This document shows, in pieces, positions 59,978 through 64,000 of a stretch of 64,000 nucleotides of DNA. The stretch's first letter is position 1. Each line of letters starts with the position of its first letter. The stretch lies in the NCBI GenBank assembly GCA_043228905.1, contig JBHGNT010000011.1, positions 2,108,001 through 2,172,000 on the forward strand, written 5' to 3'. Below the pieces are notes generated by a model. It did no database searches. It saw only the letters and a list, made by a program, of their open reading frames with translations, and had not been told where the DNA came from. This DNA comes from Azolla caroliniana (taxonomy: Eukaryota; Plantae; Polypodiophyta). Both the position numbers and the translations under genes were made by a program.

Positions 59978-62269
59978 ATGATAGAGAAGGAAGAATTCAC
60001 CATTGTTTCCTTGCTCAAGGCATGTGCCAAGAACAGAGACCTTATCATGGGCGCTCAATTGCATGCCCTTCTGATGAAAAGAGGAGGTGGGTTGTTGAGC
60101 CATAGTCATTACCTATCCAGCGCTTTGATCAATATGTATGCCAAATGTGGTGCTTTATCAAAAGCAAGACAGGTCCTTGAAGAAATTCCTCGTAGGCATA
60201 TCACCGCTTGGAATGCCCTGATATCTGGATATGCAAAGCTTGGCCATGGCCATGAAGCTTTCTCCTGCTATGAAGAAATGCAAAGAGAGGGTCTCTTTCC
60301 AGATGTGGTTACTTTCACTTCAATCTTGAAAGCTTGCGGTTGCGTTGGGGCTGTAGAGAAGGGGAAAGAAGTTCATGAAAAGGTTGTGAGTAGAGGTTTA
60401 CTTAGGAAGGATGTCATGCTTGGTAATGCTTTGGTTGATATGTATGCCAAATGTGGGATGCTTGTGAAAGCACAAGAGGTGATTGAAGATCTTCCGATCC
60501 GAAATGCTGTCACTTGGTCGGGCTTAATGGCTGGATATGCCCAACAAGGACAAAGTCATGAAGCACTGAATTGTTTCGAAAGAATGCAAAGTGAGGGCGT
60601 TGATCTAGACACTATCTCCTTTGTTGGTGCCCTAAAGGCTTGCAGTAGTACACGATCAATTGATAAGGGTATACAAATTCATGACGAGATTGTGAGTAGG
60701 GGTTTGTTGGCGAAGGAGAATATGGTGATTGGGGTTGCATTGGTTGATATGTATGCCAAATGTGGTGTCCTAGAAAAAGCACAAGAGGTGTTTGAGGAGC
60801 TTCCTATAAAAGACATCGTCGCTTGGAATGCACTGATTGGTGGGTATGTGCAAGAATATCAAAATTATAAAGCACTAAATTGTTTTCAATGTATGCAAAA
60901 TGAGGGTCTCTCCCCAGACGCGACAACTTTGACTTGTGTTTTGAAAGCTTGTGGAAGCATAGGATTGTTAGACATAGGCGAACGAATTCATGAGGATATT
61001 GTGAGTAGGGGCTTTCTCAAGAAGGATATTGTGCTGGGTAATGCTCTGGTTGATATGTATGCTAAATGTGGTATGTTGGCAAAAGCACTAGAAGCTCTCC
61101 GAGAGCTTCCTATTCATAACGTTGTTTCGTGGTCCTCACTAATTGCAGGGTATGTCCAAGAAGGGCAAAGCCAAGAGGCTCTCACATGCTTTGAATGGAT
61201 GCAAAATGAAGGCATCTCTCCGGATGTGGTGACCTTCGTTTGCATCTTGAAGGCTTGCGGTATTGCAAGAGCTATCGACAAAGGCAAAAAAATTCATAAT
61301 GAGATGGTAAGGAGGGGATTGTTGAAGAATGATACCGTCCTCGGCACTGCTTTGGTGGATATGTATGTGAAATGTGGAGATCTAGCTAAAGCACAACAAG
61401 TGCTCGATGAGCTTCCCGAGCGAGACATAGTGTCTTGGGTTGCTCTCATCACAGGATATGCCGAGCAAGGGCAATTGCATGAAGCTCTGAATTGTTATGA
61501 ATATATGGGAAAAGAGGGTCTCTCTCCGACCGCAGCTACGTTTGTCTGCATCTTGAAGGCATGTGGGAATACTGGAGCCATAGACAAGGGAAAACAAATG
61601 CATGATGAGATTGTGATTAGGGGTTTGTTGGAGGAGAAGGACGCTATGCTTGGCACTTCCTTGGTGGATATGTACGCGAGATGTGGTGCACTTGCAAAGG
61701 CACAAGAAGTGTTGGAACAGCTTCTTGTTCGAGATGTAGTCTCATGGTCGGCACTCATTGCAGGGTATGCACAAGAGAGGCAAGCCCATGAAGCATTGAA
61801 ATGCCTAACACGAATGCAAAGTGAAGGTCTCTCTCCAGATGAAGTTACTTTCACTTGTGTCATGAAGGCATGCAATCACGGAGGTCTAACAAATGAGGCT
61901 CAAATGCTTTTCGCTGATATGTCCAAGGGATATAGTATTGCCCCAAGCTTAGAGCACCATACTTCTATGGTGACTAGTTTTGGGTATGGGGGGCACTTCG
62001 ACAAGGCGATGGAAGTGATGGAGGCGTTGCCATCGTCGGATCATATTGAGTTGTGGATTGCCCTATTGGGTGCTTGTAGAAAATGGGGAAATGTGAAAAT
62101 TGGGAGATTAGCTTTTCATCAAGCAATGGAGATTGATCATGGTTGTGGTGCAGCCTATACACTTATGAACAATATCTTTGCAGCAGCTGGTATGCAAGTG
62201 GATGCAAAGAATGTGGAAGCTATGAGATTGAAATATTTTGTTGGGAATCAGCTAGAGAACAGTTTGTAG
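59978..62269 (+). CDS. PLS-class pentatricopeptide repeat protein with E domains, no DYW (organellar RNA editing factor-type)
   Basis: Single-exon ~763 aa ORF; repeated 'ALVDMYAKCG', 'VSWSALIAGY', 'TF.CILKACG' triplets; C-terminal 'WIALLGACRKWGNV...AYTLMNNIFAAAG'. Confidence 0.93.
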   Translation: MIEKEEFTIVSLLKACAKNRDLIMGAQLHALLMKRGGGLLSHSHYLSSALINMYAKCGALSKARQVLEEIPRRHITAWNALISGYAKLGHGHEAFSCYEEMQREGLFPDVVTFTSILKACGCVGAVEKGKEVHEKVVSRGLLRKDVMLGNALVDMYAKCGMLVKAQEVIEDLPIRNAVTWSGLMAGYAQQGQSHEALNCFERMQSEGVDLDTISFVGALKACSSTRSIDKGIQIHDEIVSRGLLAKENMVIGVALVDMYAKCGVLEKAQEVFEELPIKDIVAWNALIGGYVQEYQNYKALNCFQCMQNEGLSPDATTLTCVLKACGSIGLLDIGERIHEDIVSRGFLKKDIVLGNALVDMYAKCGMLAKALEALRELPIHNVVSWSSLIAGYVQEGQSQEALTCFEWMQNEGISPDVVTFVCILKACGIARAIDKGKKIHNEMVRRGLLKNDTVLGTALVDMYVKCGDLAKAQQVLDELPERDIVSWVALITGYAEQGQLHEALNCYEYMGKEGLSPTAATFVCILKACGNTGAIDKGKQMHDEIVIRGLLEEKDAMLGTSLVDMYARCGALAKAQEVLEQLLVRDVVSWSALIAGYAQERQAHEALKCLTRMQSEGLSPDEVTFTCVMKACNHGGLTNEAQMLFADMSKGYSIAPSLEHHTSMVTSFGYGGHFDKAMEVMEALPSSDHIELWIALLGACRKWGNVKIGRLAFHQAMEIDHGCGAAYTLMNNIFAAAGMQVDAKNVEAMRLKYFVGNQLENSL

Positions 62270-62499
62270 ATGGATATGGTGATCATTTATTTTTATTGAA
62301 AACATAACAAAACCCGTGGTATGATGGCTGAAAGTGAAGATTCAACAACCTCCTCCCTATGGAAAGGAATGAAGTTTAAATTGAGAATTCTATATTCCAA
62401 ACATGCCTCGAAGAACAAGAAGAAAAAGTCAACCGTTGGATAGGATGCTTAAACACTCTCACATATTCAATGCACAACTCCATTAATCTATCCTTGTAT

Positions 62500-63100
62500 A
62501 GGACTGAAAGGTCGATCCAGCGTAAAGCTCGAGGGTGAAACCTCGAAATTGACCAAAGCTTGAGGATGGAACCGTGAAGTTTATCCAAAGCTTGAGGGAG
62601 AGACTTCAAAGCTTGACCAAAACTCGAGGATGAACCCTCAAAGCTTATGCAAATCTCAATGGCAAAACCTTGGAGATCATCCAAAGGTCAATCGAGGTCA
62701 ATCCATGCGTGAAAGCTCGATCAAGGGCTAAATCTCGAGTCGACTAGAGGAGTGAGTGCTAAAACTTGAGTATGCTAAAGGTCAATAGAGGGCCAAAGCT
62801 CAAGTTTGCTAAAGGCCGACTGAGTGCTAAAGGTCCAATAAACTAAAAGTAGATCAAGTGCTACAACTTAAGTTTGATTCTCTCTCAAAGAATGGCAGAC
62901 AACAAAAAGAAGGTTCGAGTAGAAAATCATACAATTGGAGCTATAAAAGATGGCACAACAACAATAGAACAATGTTAAATGGTTGAATGCTCAATATGTA
63001 GTAGAAATCAGTAAGCAAACTTCGCCAAACCCTAAAATCTCTGCACTAACTCCAAATGCTTCTCTAAACCCAAAAATCTTCAGTGTGATACCAAATGTTG
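62500..63100 (-). mobile_element. Possible decayed copia 5' end (PBS-like site next to TG start) with short degenerate repeats
   Basis: gtgtgatacca-aa-tgttgg at ~63083-63101 resembles a reverse iMet PBS/LTR junction; aaagctcgag/gtgctaaagg repeats. Confidence 0.35.
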
Positions 63101-64000
63101 GTTAGCTATGACATTATGTAGGCACATAGAAAATTACACTCTATTCAACTACAACAAAAAACTTTGCAATAACTTGTGTATATACAACTTACATTCAACT
63201 TAAACCTTTCATTAATTATGAATGTGGCCATTACCACATATACTATAATTTCATAGCTTCAAGTGTTGGCCTTGTACTCCTTAGTAACGACACCAAAAAG
63301 ATGTGTCAACTCACGTTGTTCACATCGAGTGCACGTCTCTATACCATCAAACTTGTGTCTCCACTCTGGCATTGTTGGTCGAGGGGTTTGGACTATCATT
63401 TACAATATTGATGATGAGTCACAATGAAAGTGGTTGTCAATTACTCGAGCTACTAATCCTAATCTTGCAAACTCTCACCGACCTCTCATTAGAGCATTAA
63501 TCTCACTACGAAGTCTGTTAATACCCTAATTTGTTTTATAGTTAAGTAAACACACTAGTAAGAGACCCCTTTCACATTGGCGTAGTCATTAGGCCTAAAG
63601 TTCTATAGCAAACATTGTGCTATTGCCCTTCCCTTGGTATTGCATTTAGTCCTTAGTGCCATTGCCTATGCTTATGTATTCACGGGTTGTAGGAACAACC
63701 CTGTGTCATGAAAACAACAAGCATGTGAGAGTTCTAAAACTACGAGATGGGAAAGAAAGGGGGAAACCACGATCTAAAGGTCATATAAAAAACTTTGGTA
63801 TTCGTGAATCTAAAGAAAATATGTGCATGGTGAGTTATTTTTTCCTCAATTGGAGACCCCAAGAGCCACGATCTTGGAGATATCACATGCAACGAGATTT
63901 GAGTGGGACAAACAATTCAAGGGAAGCTCCCTCCAAGTTAATGGCATTTCATTCAAGAGCACATGTTGATGGTTCCAGGGGGTATATTCTAGGCACCATC

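Overview
Eukaryotic, plant nuclear DNA; the PPR style suggests a fern or other seed-free plant (inference). About 45 kb (1-44838) is a deeply nested pile of LTR retrotransposons that can be resolved by target-site duplications (TSDs). It includes several Ty1/copia elements (Tork/Tnt1-like and a second family with tRNA-iMet PBS), three Ty3/gypsy elements, many solo LTRs and hAT-type MITEs. To the right are a 3' LINE fragment, a spliced OTU-family deubiquitinase gene on the minus strand (49245-51755), a near-complete copia element (53283-59662) and an intronless PLS-E class PPR gene (59978-62269). Most notable: five gypsy-type LTRs from at least two lineages each carry an embedded tRNA-like A-box/B-box (Pol III promoter-like) cassette. 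Three gypsy-type insertions with both ends visible have 4-bp TSDs centred on CG (ACGT, ACGG, CCGG). One gypsy element has a clear -1 frameshift signal placed after the protease. Also seen are a 67-bp micro-LTR inserted in a polypurine tract and two alternative, phase-compatible N-termini for the OTU gene.
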